DNA of 64,000 bases from Eledone cirrhosa (lineage: Eukaryota), in the NCBI GenBank assembly GCA_964016885.1, contig OZ024742.1, positions 202,058,001 to 202,122,000 on the forward strand. Reading direction: 5' to 3'. The position numbers were made by a program, and so were the translations under genes. The notes beneath the pieces were generated by a model, which was not told where the DNA came from, did no database searches, and saw only the letters and a program-made list of their open reading frames with translations. Positions 1 to 14,062 of the stretch are shown here, one piece after another. Position 1 is the first letter of the stretch, and each line of letters begins with the position of its first letter.

Positions 1-625
1 GAAACAGTCCTGCACGCAATTGTACACTGCCTGGGCGTAACCGACCTGTAGAACTATGCAGAACAACTGCTGTCGCGTATGGGACAAATCCAGTTGACTG
101 CTGAGTCCATAGTAAGGATCAAAGCGCCAGCCTCTTTCAAAAACGAAAGAGAGGCGGTTTCCTCTGTACGGTGGCTATGGTGAAAGAAGTTATATGGTGG
201 AAGAGGTTGAGAGGACTGGGGACAGATGCCTTTCTCTCCGGACAACAATTGATTCCCTTCTTTAAGTATCACTTTAGAAGGAGAATCAGGGTGGAGAGAG
301 AGGCACTGCACCCCAGTAAATGTACTGAAAGGTGGGTGAATGAAGCGAAAATGGCCTGAGTGATTGGGCCTTCTCTGTTTATAAGCCTGTAGGTTGAAGA
401 AGAGAGCAAAAGGAAGAAAGGAGCACTTGCACAACATGCTCTTGGAGTTGAGGGTTGTTCTATCTACGGGGTATTAAACAACACATTTGTGGCGCCTCCC
501 CCTATTTGAAATTTCGATTGTTGTAATTGTTTGTTTTTATATTTTTTACACGACTGTATGTAAAATCCCCGGCATCTCTTTGTATTGTCCCATTTTCTTG
601 TGCGCCCTTGTGGCTAATAAAGAAA
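1..625 (+). mobile_element. 3' end of an L1/Tx1-clade LINE (degenerate ORF2 C-terminus plus 3' UTR)
   Basis: Frame +1 from base 1 reads ETVLHAIVHC..DL*NYAEQLL; after a frameshift it continues VAMVKEVIWWKR...ERWV* (ends 359), resembling the zinc-knuckle/C-terminal region of L1/Tx1 ORF2. AATAAA near 616 precedes a microsatellite. Confidence 0.7.
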
Positions 626-659
626 TATATCTATCTATCTATCCATCTCTCTGTCTCTG

Positions 660-758
<99 letters not shown>

Positions 759-776
759 ATATCCATATATATATTA

Positions 777-818
<42 letters not shown>

Positions 819-855
819 CGTGCGTACGTGTAAGTGTATCTGTGTATGTGTGTGT
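626..855. repeat. Compound microsatellite (TC)n-(TA)n-(TG)n, representative of dozens of such tracts in the window
   Basis: Direct reading. Confidence 0.95.
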
Positions 856-1300
856 TTCTACTATAAAAAGTATGTATACTTTGTAACACTTCATAAATTG
901 TATTGTGTATATTCTTTCTGCTAAGCGAACTATTTTGTATTTATTTCCATCTTACGATTTAAACAAGATTATGTAAAACTATGTCTTATTGCATAAAGGA
1001 TCGTAAAAACTTTGCCCAATACATGGTTGTGTGTTTAAGAATTGTTCAGTGTTCTGATAATTGTGGTTCCGTTTTTAAACACATTTTACAGCAGGTAAAT
1101 CGACACTAACTTATAACACCCTCTTGTTGGAAGTTTAGCAGTGGTGGCCATATAGCTGCCCATCTGCTTCTCGTAATATGTATTCATCACAAGCGTTCCT
1201 ATCAAAAAGCAGTTTGAAACAATTATAGATTATATCTAAAAGCATTTGCTAACACCAAGCCGAATGAAAGATTTTATCGGGCGGAAATAGTGTCAGATGG

Positions 1301-1346
<46 letters not shown>

Positions 1347-1352
1347 CTCTCA

Positions 1353-1389
<37 letters not shown>

Positions 1390-1393
1390 GCCC

Positions 1394-1448
<55 letters not shown>

Positions 1449-1564
1449 GCATACATATACATACATATATATATATATATACATACATACATGCAAACAT
1501 ATATATATATATATGTATATATATATATTTATATATATATATTTATATATATATATTTATATAT

Positions 1565-2245
1565 TCAGGTTTGAGGTTCACCACTGGATAGAGCTGGTCA
1601 ATTCCGTATGGTCAATCTTAATGTAATAATATGGAGAGTACTCAACGTAAAGCAGTTCAACCGTCTTCGTTTTTGTAGTTGGTGGTGCTATTACGGAGTT
1701 AAATATTATAATAAAATGACAGGAGGTTGGACTTGTGTAAATCCTTGACCGGGTCCGTATGAATCCGGTGATATCATCAGGTATTCGAAATATAATAAAT
1801 GAATGTAATAGATAAAATCGATGGGGCTGAAAATCCAAGATCGGAGGACGACCGACATCTAGCATCTTCCACTTTTGCCGGTCGCCCTCAAGTGAGGGGG
1901 CTAAACCTTATAGTGTGCTACTACCGGTCAAATATAGGAAAACAGAAAGGGAGAGGAAGATAAGTCAGCGTTAATATCATGCCACAAGAAAAAAGACACA
2001 CTATAAGCTTTAGCCCCCTCACTTGAGGGCGACCAGCAAAAGTTGAAGATGTTAGATGTCGGTCGTCCTCCGGTCTTTGATTTTCAGCCCCATCGATTTT
2101 ATCTATTACATTCATTTATTATATTTCGAATACCTGATGATATCACCGGATTCATACGGAACCCGATCATTGAAATGATCATAGTATAATAAACCTTTCA
2201 AGGATTTACACCAGTCCATCCTCCTGTTATTTTATTATAATTATA
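1565..2245. mobile_element. Fold-back HHR-bearing PLE-derived element between (TA)n tracts
   Basis: Inverted arms ~1705-1917 and ~1997-2241 with an ~80-bp spacer; left arm has an ~35-bp deletion and an extra tail to ~1565. Confidence 0.8.
2129..2188 (+). ncRNA. Minimal type I hammerhead ribozyme
   Basis: atac-CTGATGA(2134)-imperfect stem II-GAA-ATGATCAT-A-gtat; palindromic stem III, AUA site. Confidence 0.7.
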
Positions 2246-2265
2246 TATTTATATATATACATACA

Positions 2266-2357
<92 letters not shown>

Positions 2358-2819
2358 TGTGTGAGAGTGTATTCATATGTATAACGACGTATATGTTTAT
2401 ATGCATCTATATTATTAGTGTACTATCATTACTGATTTTACAAATATATACCAAGAGCTCCCTTTCATCGAAATGAGTTATGTACATTATGAAGAACGTG
2501 CATAAACATCTCCAGCGTGAACAGCTGCGTGAAAATACTCCCAACAAGATTTTCAGACCCTATTATTGCTATTTTCTGGAAAGTCCCTATGTCTGTCATA
2601 AGACGAAGTAATCGTCAATGTTCTGTAAACAATCAGCAGCGTATCACTTCATTTGTATGAATTAAATTATAAACCCACGTGTAACACAATATTTTACATT
2701 CTAGATTAATTTTGCGATCATGTTTTGAAAGTTTGGAGAAAATTTCTTTCAATTCGTTTGTATTATTTTAAAGAAAGCTGATTTTTTGGCTGATGTTTGA
2801 TTGAGAGGAAAACATTATG

Positions 2820-2905
2820 TTCAAATCCTTATGGGGTCGATAAAATAAAGTACCAGTAATACACTGGGTATTTGCTGGCTTTGTGCCAAAAGTAGAAACA
2901 ATTAT
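2820..2905 (+). mobile_element. tRNA-SINE, internally deleted 3' fragment
   Basis: ggggtcgataaaataaagtaccag...tgtgccaaaagtagaaacaattat matches the other copies. Confidence 0.85.
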
Positions 2906-3253
2906 GTTAAAGTATTTTTGTTAGTTGACATTCAACACAAAATGTCGGCGAGAAACACCTCCTTGAACAAAAGTTTTCTCAGATTCACAAACCCCACAAA
3001 AAAATATCGAATACAAGACAAGCATATTCCAAAAGTGATCCTAAACGTCTTGAAATAAAGAAAATAAAGAAGTTCCCGTGGTATTGCATACGAATGATGA
3101 GTCACTTAATCTCGTCAATAACAAGACACGGCTATGTACATGCACTTTTCAAATACTGCTTCCAATAAAGACGTTATAGATGTAGGCATGTCCAATCATA
3201 GAAGCAGATGTGACAAGAAGTGACATGTGAGACCAGTTTTCTTTGCTCTAGGA

Positions 3254-3531
3254 CAGTCAGGGGAAACCCGCCGCCCGCGAAGCTTTCTGAATGACTCGCC
3301 TAACTCACCTAAGTGAAATCTTTCTGATTTTTTAACCCCAACTTTTCAGTCGAAATTTATCTTTCTATCATTTTTACAATCGAGGAAAATAACGTGTACA
3401 AATTCTGAAGAAACAAATCAAAACAACCTGAGTTACCACCCTTTTTTAAATGTAAATTGGTGCTTGCGGCCCGCCTGAAGATGAAGCATATTTCGTGCGG
3501 CCCACTTCTCGAAAAAGGTTGCCCATGCCTG
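3254..3531. mobile_element. hAT (Charlie-like) MITE
   Basis: Imperfect TIRs CAGTCAGGGGAAACC / GGTTGCCCATGCCTG; 8-bp TSD ctctagga / ttctagga; subterminal GCGGCCC motifs. Confidence 0.8.
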
Positions 3532-3755
3532 TTCTAGGAATTTACCCAAGATCGAGCAAGGAGATGATTGATACACATCTACCTCACGAAGAGAACGACA
3601 TAGAGTGGGTACTTTATTTATCGAGCTAGAAGAGATGAAAGACAAAATTGGCCTCGTCCACATTTGAACTCAAAGTGCAGAAAAACAGAACGAATAACGC
3701 AATTTATTCTCATGACGTCTTCGCAACTCTGCCATTGTTCAGCCTTTAATATCTA

Positions 3756-4364
3756 TCTATATATTACTAAAAGTCTGTGATAGCTTGCTTGCTTGACTGA
3801 CTGTACAGCCAAATGGGCACATAATGGAAAACTACTTTGACAGGAAGTTAACCTTGAAATGGGAATACAAATGGAATAAAACAAGTTTCGCGTAAATCGA
3901 AGCACGTGTTCCCGAGATATGGGGTTTTCTGGGTACCTTCATAAACAGAGAGAGAGAAGGATAGAGAGAAACAGATAGCGGTTTTGAGAGAGTAGATTGA
4001 AAGAGAGACATAGAGAGAGGGAGAGGAGACAGAGAAGGAGACTGGAAGAGAGAGAGAGAGCTGGTGGTGTTGTTATCTATATACATGTGAGTGTGTGTGT
4101 ATATGAGTGTGTGTGTGTGTCTATGACCAGTGTATATTAATCACAGACACCCACATATATATACACACACACATATATATAAATTTGTATACACACACAT
4201 TTATACATACATACACACACGTATATATATGGGCCTTCCTGTTACATTTCACATTATCTATATGTCTGTGTATATTTTAATTATTTAAAAGTTATTTTTA
4301 AGTGAACATGATTTTTTAAAACTATTTTGAAGTGAACGTGACCCAACGTGTCACGGGTGTCTAG
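3756..4364 (+). mobile_element. Non-autonomous Helitron-like element
   Basis: 5' TCTATAT.. after A; 3' hairpin cgtgac-ccaacgt-gtcacg followed by CTAG|T; internal microsatellites. Confidence 0.7.
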
Positions 4365-4900
4365 TATATACTAAAAATGAAATAGAAAATTCGTATTTTG
4401 CTGGTATCGTATAAGAAGATTCTTGGGTGATAGTGGCTCTTATCATAAAAAGCAATGTGAAATGAAGAGTCTTGCTAAATGATCAGGAGTTTAACACTCT
4501 AACCACCAGGCCAGGCGCATTCAATGTTATTATAATCTACGTCTATTATAATAGCATATCAGTTCGTCTTGCTAAGGGATGGTAATCTATTAAATACTTA
4601 CTGAGTGAACATCTGTTGCCCGAGAAGATAGATTCTGTACAAACATTATTTGTTTATTCGGCAAAGAATAACACTTGTTTTCTCTTATGACGACGACAGA
4701 CTCTGTCTCTCCAGCCCCCACCGCATCCGCTAAACCCCTTTCTCTCCCACTCTCTACCTTTCTCTCTTCATGTCTTTGTTTCTCTCACCCCCCTCTCTCT
4801 CTCCCACTCTCTCTATCTATCTCTGCATATATTTAATTGTCATTCTCTCTCTCCCTCTGTCTGAATATGATTGTGTTTGTGATTGGGAATGCATAGGTGT

Positions 4901-4980
<80 letters not shown>

Positions 4981-5182
4981 TATATATATATAGGAGCATG
5001 TGCGATCCAATATAAGGTAAATTTTAGCGAATGTTTGCAAATGCTGAAAGTTCTCGAAATGAGATATTCATCCACACGTCTGGTTCAGTTCTCAACTGTG
5101 TACATGTGGGTACATATATTGATATACGCAAACACACACACACGTGTATATATATATATGTGTGTATGTACAAATGTATGTG

Positions 5183-5215
<33 letters not shown>

Positions 5216-5226
5216 ACAAGCACATG

Positions 5227-5276
<50 letters not shown>

Positions 5277-5525
5277 CATACATATAAGCATGTGCTAGTA
5301 TATATGTATACATATATATCAGCTGCATGTATGTATACATATAGATCAGCACATCTAAGATCAAAGGTGTTGAAGCTAATTATTATCACGCCCATTGTGG
5401 TAAGGTATAGTGTAACTAGGACTACATTATGATTGTGACGCACATATTTTCTCTCATATTTAAGAGATTAGTTACGATGATTATGGCCTTATTTATTGCA
5501 GGCGAAGTTTCCATCTATCTAACTA

Positions 5526-6600
<1,075 letters not shown>

Positions 6601-6601
6601 A

Positions 6602-6644
<43 letters not shown>

Positions 6645-6648
<4 letters not shown>

Positions 6649-6688
6649 AGAACTAGCTATTGAAACGTTTCAATAGCTAGTTCTGGAT
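6645..6688. repeat. Perfect 44-bp palindrome abutting a (TA)n tract
   Basis: atccagaactagctattgaaac|gtttcaatagctagttctggat. Confidence 0.95.
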
Positions 6689-6914
6689 CCTTTTTGTGAG
6701 CTGTGTCGTAGCACACAAAGACAATATGGGCTAGGACAGAACAAAGATGAGATATAAAATAACAACATACGTAGTCACTGAGGTGTTCAGAGAATGTGTG
6801 GCGAAAGATCTTCGATGACTACCATTAAGCTAACCGACTGGGAAACTATATTGATAAATTGAAGTGAAACCACCGTGTGTTTGTTATTGGCAGCATGACC
6901 CTCCCAAAGTTCAA

Positions 6915-6974
<60 letters not shown>

Positions 6975-8300
6975 GGATGCAACGTGAAGTTACCGTAGGT
7001 TCACTCATGTGACCACTAGATGCTTAGATTCATGTTTGTAACTAGGTGTGGAGCTAAACAGAGTATAATATATAATAACAAAAGGACGATTTGTTATGTC
7101 TTCATTAGGTATATTGTTTGGTGACGCTCATTTCGCTATTGATCAGCTAATGGTTCGATCTGTATCGATCTGGACCGACTCTGGAATAAAAGGTTCGACA
7201 GATCTCTGCTGTGTTAATGACAGAATGAACCATATATATATATATGCATATCATAACATAGCGGGATTATTAATATGTCGGCATATACGATATGTTTGCG
7301 CCCAATGAATGTTTTAAGCTGAGATCAGGCCATAGATATCTTAGTAAATGGTGAGAATGTCACACACATGTTTGTTTTATTTTGTATCTGTTATCAATGA
7401 CTTTATTTGGTACTGGAACATAAATAAGCTAAAACTCGTATGCCATTTTGTGTATGAAACATCGTCTGGTATTGTTCAATACCGACAAATAATCATATTG
7501 CTTTTGTGCTTACAAATCTATGCCAAAAGCGAATGCGTCTATAAGCATGACTATGTAGGGTTTTTACATATACAGGGTGGCATGTAGGTACTAAAAAATA
7601 CCAACAGTATAAATGTGTTATAAACAGACACTAGAAAAAATCTCGCAGATTGACGAAGCAACAATATTGAGGGATACGTGCTGTTAATCCTAACTATATA
7701 TTATCTCTTTATAATTATTGAAAGCAGCAGGAACTCTATAGATAATGAACACAACCACAAGGATATGGTCTGAACATGGAAGAGCCGAACTCCCACTCTC
7801 ATCGCCTCCATCGCCTTCCCCATTTCTCTGAGCAAATGGGGCCCCACGTGCTAGCCTCCCCACAGCCCCGGCGGACAGAAATCCACACGTTCAGAGAAGT
7901 TAAGTCTAATAGAGTGGATATTGGTATCAAGGACCACAACAAAGAGTAAATGATCCACTGATCAATGTATTTCTCTAAACAAGCGATATTGTATCAATAA
8001 AAAGGGGGTGAACTTATCTGGAATTAAAGATTAGCAAAATGTGAGCTTTGTAATAGAATAGAATAATAGGTGCCTAGTGAATGAAGAAAAAGGGTGCAGA
8101 CAATTAGATAAATACTCAGACTGCATGATGTAATATATCCACACAGTCAAGACATGTACTGACAATATAATAGAAAAATCTAAATCCAACACAAAACATT
8201 GTTCATATCCAATGTACACATTACTGCGCTCGATAGTGCAGCTAATGCACACAATTATGTTAACACTATTGTATATATGTATATATAATATATATATATA

Positions 8301-8377
<77 letters not shown>

Positions 8378-9100
8378 GTGTGTGTGTTTATGTGTATGTA
8401 TATGTGTGCGCATATGTGTCTCGTGTCTGCATGTATATACATATATATACGTGTGTGTGTATGTGTGTGAGTGCGTGTGTATACGACTGCCGATGTACAA
8501 GTATACATTACGTTTGAAAAAGCGCCAACGTATTCACATATTTGTTCAAATGTAAGATTATTATTACATAATTAATTAATTTTCAGTCTATGTACTCACA
8601 TACTAAGAATTGTATGTGAGTTACCGATTGTATGTGAGTTACCGAAATAACTATTTTCCTATACTATATATATATATATATATATGCCCCAATCTATTTT
8701 CATACGACACTCATGTTCAAATATCCGTTTGATCCGATCAAATAACTTTATATCTAATCGTTTCAAAGTTTTTCAATATACTAGTTTTTTTCCCTGTACA
8801 TAGAGATTATATATAACCTCTGAATGTAATATAGTTATGAACTTTCTGTATTTTTTTAAAAATATTATACTAACATTACACTACATATATCTTGTACCAT
8901 TACCCTATAATTTCGAGTCAGCATCTTGGCTTTCTGCCTTTTGCTTTCTCTATATTTTTTTCTTCATATTGTGACGTCAGGATTACTAACCAACGAAGGA
9001 GCTTGTAATTTTTTTCTCTTAATTTGCTAAAAATAGCAGCCAACTCTGCCTAAATAAAAAACCACAGTTATTATATAAAGACTCAATAAAGCACGACATA

Positions 9101-9529
9101 CGAGAATCGGCTGAAAAGTTCATAGTCTCACTGTGAAGGAGTGAGGTTTGAGCTGTGAATTCATGCGTGCATTAATTTTAACTCTTCTTATTATTAACGG
9201 CATTAGGGCGGTGGATTTGCAGTATCGGTAGAGAGTCGGACACCATGCTTTGCAACATAGAGTTACAGCTCTTTACGGTCTGAGTTCAAATCCCGCCATG
9301 GTTAACTTTGCCTTTCATCCTTACGGGGTCTATAAAATAAAGTACCAGTAATGTACTGTAGTCGATTTAATCGACTCCCCCCCCCAAAAAAAAAAAAATT
9401 ACTGGCCTTGTGCCTATATTATTATTAATGGCATTGTTTCTTTCCAGGAACTATGTCGAAAAATAAGCCTCATTTGGCCATTCCATGAAAGTGTCTTATT
9501 CAGCCTATGAACTTTTCAGCCGACCTTCG
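9101..9529. mobile_element. Mariner/Tc1-type MITE interrupted by a SINE
   Basis: TA-flanked ~29-bp TIRs cgagaatcggctgaaaagttcatagtct / agcctatgaacttttcagccgaccttcg. Confidence 0.85.
9205..9419 (+). mobile_element. Full-length tRNA-derived SINE with 16-bp TSD
   Basis: A-box-like TTGCAGTATCGG, B box GTTCAAATCC, core gcctttcatccttacggggtc; TSD tattattaaYggcatt at 9189-9204 and 9420-9435. Confidence 0.9.
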
Positions 9530-10037
9530 TATATGAAAAGAAATGTAAGTAGATAGACAACAGTAGCTACTATTGTTATACTTTGGGAGGGTCAGGCTGC
9601 TAATAAAAACACACGCATCTTTGTTTTCCCCTTACTTTATTGCAACATTCCAATAGGTTAGTTTAATCACAGGATGGTTGTATATTTGTTTATTGACAAA
9701 GCTCTTTCGTCATTGAAATGAAACCCATAGGTGTTGTTATTTTATTTGCAACATAACCTTCCCAATGTAAAACAATATCTGATTCAACACACGTTTTCAG
9801 ATAAGAAATCTTGCAAAGCAAATACAAAAGCGAACTATTTATTACATAATATGCTTATTCTATTATATCTGTGGTAAACTGATAGGTTATCAAAATATGT
9901 CCATTAAAGATTTGTCAACGTCATTGTTAAATCTAATGCAAAACGAGACAAATCTCTCTCAAATTGGATTCGACTGCTGTCTTAGACAAGCAGCGAGATG
10001 GAAACGTGGCCTTAGTGAGAAATAGAACGTTTTTTAG

Positions 10038-10095
<58 letters not shown>

Positions 10096-10841
10096 TGTGT
10101 GTGTGTGTGCTCGCGCGCGCGCATGTGTGTGTGTGCGTGTGTGCGTGCGCGCGCGCGTGTGTGTGCGTGTGTGTGCGTGTGTGTGTGTGTGTTCGTGGAT
10201 GGAATGTATGAGAGCTTATGTGATTGTGTGCGTATATATTGGTGTGTATTTTCATCATACGTAAATATATGCACATTCATATATTTATATATACCTCAGT
10301 ATAGATAATGTATGTATGTATGCGTGAATGTACATAATTTCTTTAACATTTGCCATCATAAGTAACATTCTGAACCTGATCGATTAACAACAAAAAGCAT
10401 TGATGTGTGACAGCTCCTATATATAGATCAGTAATCATTGATTAGTGACGTCATGTGTATCAGCTGGCGGTATTTTATACACACAACAAGCATTAAAGAT
10501 GTGAACAAGATGTCAAAGATATTGAATACACCTTTCAATGGACAGGTTTATCTCTATATGTCTATATATATGTGTATATTATATACTGTATATATATATA
10601 TGTGTGTGCGTGTGGGAGAGAGTATATAAATGCATACATACCTATACTCAGATAGACACACACACACAAACACACACACACGCACACACACACACGCACA
10701 CACACACATATATATATATATATATAAGCATTTCTATGTTAAAATCCACACATGAATAGAGAGTTATCTAGTAAAATATATACGCTCAAATATAAGCATA
10801 AAATATGTATGGGGAGAGAAATGAGGATGATCTATGCTAAA

Positions 10842-10882
<41 letters not shown>

Positions 10883-11223
10883 GGGGGGATATACTGAGAG
10901 TAAACGAAGGCGTACCCTGGAAAGAAGGAGAGGGAGAAGGATAGATGGTTGTGAGCTAAAATTAGAAATAGTGATAAGTGCGTACTAAAGAAAATGCAGT
11001 ATTAAACTCCATTTAATGGGATAAGAAAATAGTCCAGCTATGCATGATCTTTTAATTATCAGTATATATCTGGAGATACGAGGAAGTGCCTCGTATGAAT
11101 AGAATAGAAGTTCCTAGATATTTTTATCTAAAATATCGTATGAGTGTCTGTAAATGTAAAAGCTATACTTGATTTTTTTCTTTGTATAAAAGAACGAAAG
11201 CTACATTGTGATTTCCGTGCATA

Positions 11224-11264
<41 letters not shown>

Positions 11265-11307
11265 CTGATGATTTCTAATGAATGAAACAGTTCTAGTCCT
11301 GTAGAAT
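11265..11307 (+). ncRNA. Hammerhead ribozyme core in an ~80-bp insert between (TA)n tracts
   Basis: CTGATGA-tttc taat gaat-GAAAcag ttctagtc ctgTA; 5' strand of stem I largely lost. Confidence 0.6.
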
Positions 11308-11509
11308 CTCATCTATATTAAAACTATATTTATATATATATATATATATGCACGAAAATATGTATGTGTGTGTGTGTGTGTGCATGTGTGTGTGTGCATG
11401 TGTGTCAGTGTCTGTGTCTGAATGCGCGGGTGTGTGTGTGGCTGGTGTGTGTGTATATGTGTGTGTGTCAGTATCAGTGTCTGAGTCTGAATGCGCCTGT
11501 GTGTATCTG

Positions 11510-11558
<49 letters not shown>

Positions 11559-11811
11559 GTCGTTTAGAAATTGATGCAGGCTTTACGTTTTTATTTGCTT
11601 CAACATTTTAACGATTAAAACTCAAGCAAGTGTATAAAATTATGAATCATTTAAGAACTTATGTTACTTATTTTATGATCTCTCCTTCTACAGAATCCGT
11701 TTTAAATATAGATTATATTTTTATCAATATTTCAATTTAACATTTCAACAGTATTTTCATCAAATGTATTGCTATGAGTTTTAACTCGGTCACAGTACAG
11801 ATAGTTATAAA

Positions 11812-11966
11812 CAATAATTGTTTCTACTTTTGGCACAAGGCCAGCAAAACCCCAGTGCATTACTGGTACTTTATTTTATCGACCCCGTAAGGATGAAAGG
11901 CAAAGTTAACCTCGGCGGGATTTGAATTCAGAATAGCAAGGGCCGTAACTCTATGCGTCAAAGCAA
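11812..11966 (-). mobile_element. tRNA-SINE, 5'-truncated
   Basis: Reverse complement of the SINE consensus. Confidence 0.9.
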
Positions 11967-12221
11967 TTATAAACAATAATGAAGTTTGAGGTCAAAGAAG
12001 TGCTAATGGACAGACAATACAAATTTGGTTTTAAAACTTCTGTCGTGGTGAATTCACTCATGTATATAAGAAATATCTCGGACATCCTTCTATCATTGGT
12101 GAGGGATCAATTGGTTTTGGTGCAATCCTTGCATAATTCTTTCGGTGGTTTGCTGGAGTGCTAGATATAAGCTTTGGAAAATTTCCTGAAGATTTTAACT
12201 GAATTAGAAATCGAAGCAGTT

Positions 12222-12325
12222 AAAATATCCAGGTTAAAATACCCCCGGTTAAACGACCCCCGGTTAAAACACACCCCGGTTAAAATACCCTCGTTTGAAA
12301 TAACCCCGGCTAAATTACCCCCGGA
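12222..12325. repeat. Minisatellite of ~15-16-bp unit (aaaatacccccggtt), ~7 copies
   Basis: Direct reading. Confidence 0.85.
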
Positions 12326-12459
12326 GGCGGAAAAACGTGGGTAAAGATTTGAGATCAACTATGGTCGTCAGCGTGGGAAAGCACATATTAAAAATCCTAC
12401 TAACTCTCTAAGTTTCTTCTTTCAACTGAGTAGTTCACATTTCTAGATACAAGGGGTAA

Positions 12460-13201
12460 TCTATATATCTAAAACAGAGAATGTCTGTCTGACACCCTAA
12501 AACTCGAGAACCACTCAACCGATTGTTTTCAAACTTCAGATATGTAATATTTATGGTCCTGTGAGCTGTGAGTGTTTTGAGAAAAAACAATTTCAAACTT
12601 TCAATGACCTAGGGACCGCATTAGGCGATTTGGCGATCTCTCTCTATAACTCTTAGTCTTTCTTTTTAGATAGATACATAGATATAACGTTGCGCCTTTA
12701 TAATATCTGTCTGTATGCCTGGCTGTCTGCATTACGACATTATGACGCTATATATGTGCATGTGTGTATATATTATATATAGTGTGTGTGTATATATAGT
12801 GTGTAACGTTTTTCGAAATATTTACTTCTGCGTTCACAGATTGATTTTTTTTAGTTTCAGAAGATCCCGTTAAGGGTGAAAGCAGCGATTATTTGTTTAA
12901 ACTTTAATCTGTTATTTTAATATATATATATATATATATAATTATATATTCGTGTATAGATATTTTTGCATACACAATTACAAAATATAAACAAAAGTAT
13001 TTATTTTGCGATAAAGTATTGATTTTCTTCTCACGGAAGAAAATCCTGGTAATCTACGACGAATTTTTTTTTATAAGCACAAAATGTAGACACCATGCCG
13101 AGGCCGAGGTATTCCGTACTTCTCTGTACTGTTTAAGAAAGGAGGGATAAACATGCCAATCTATGTTTAGAAGCCCGAGCAACGCCGAGCCATTCTGCTA
13201 G
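12460..13201 (+). mobile_element. Non-autonomous Helitron-like element
   Basis: A|TCTATATAT start, GC-rich subterminal segment and CTAG|T end; 5' ~280 bp homologous to 58950-59233 (minus). Confidence 0.8.
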
Positions 13202-13493
13202 TATTTCCTAAAAAGACGGTATATGGGAGCAGCGGCTCATTAACGTTGTGATTAAGACAGTCTCTCAGATATGTAGGCATCGATGTCTAGCAGTCCTATA
13301 TATTCATATCTATTCCCCCAGGGTTACTTTACCCAATAGTTTCAACTAATATGTATAGTGATCGAGTTTTATTATGGTAATTTGAATTGTGAATCACATA
13401 TGTCAAATTTTGTTTTCCCAATGCTTCTTAACTCAGCTACTTAATGCACACTCACATACCCTCACATAGACTCACACAGAGGCACACCCACAA

Positions 13494-13536
<43 letters not shown>

Positions 13537-13627
13537 TATATAATCCATGTATATATTATATTTCTTATATATTTATCACTGATTAACAGACTACATATTT
13601 AGTTTATTGTTTCCTTACAAAAAATCC

Positions 13628-13823
13628 ATAGGCTGTGAAGTTTATCGGCTGACTAAAGCACTCTCAAGTATTGACTAAATGAGATTTAGTGTTCAACATA
13701 GTCGTTGGAAACAAACAACGTAGTTGTTAATAAGAAAAGTTGAGATTTAATGCATGCAAGATTTCACAGAACTAATATCAATCCTTCATAGCCAGTCTAT
13801 GAACTTCTCAGCTGAAGCTTGTA
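13628..13823. mobile_element. Degenerate copy of the mariner-type MITE at 9101
   Basis: ggctgtgaagtttatcggct...agtctatgaacttctcagctgaagcttgta; internal similarity in the opposite orientation. Confidence 0.6.
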
Positions 13824-14062
13824 CATACTTGCCTGTATAGCATGCTTGCCTACTTAGCTCCCTAACTATATACATACATATACACAAGCATATACACATA
13901 GACATACATACCTACCTACCTAAATACATACATACAATCACACATCTAGTCATACATACGTTTTATACATACATGCATTACACACATACATACATACATA
14001 CATACATACATACATACATACATACATACATACATACATACATACATACATACATACATACA

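Noticed and set aside
9205-9300. tRNA genes at A/B-box motifs (also 23575-23660)
   Set aside because: Box spacing and lack of a cloverleaf indicate SINE heads.
12222-12325. CRISPR-like array
   Set aside because: No unique spacers, no cas genes, eukaryotic context.
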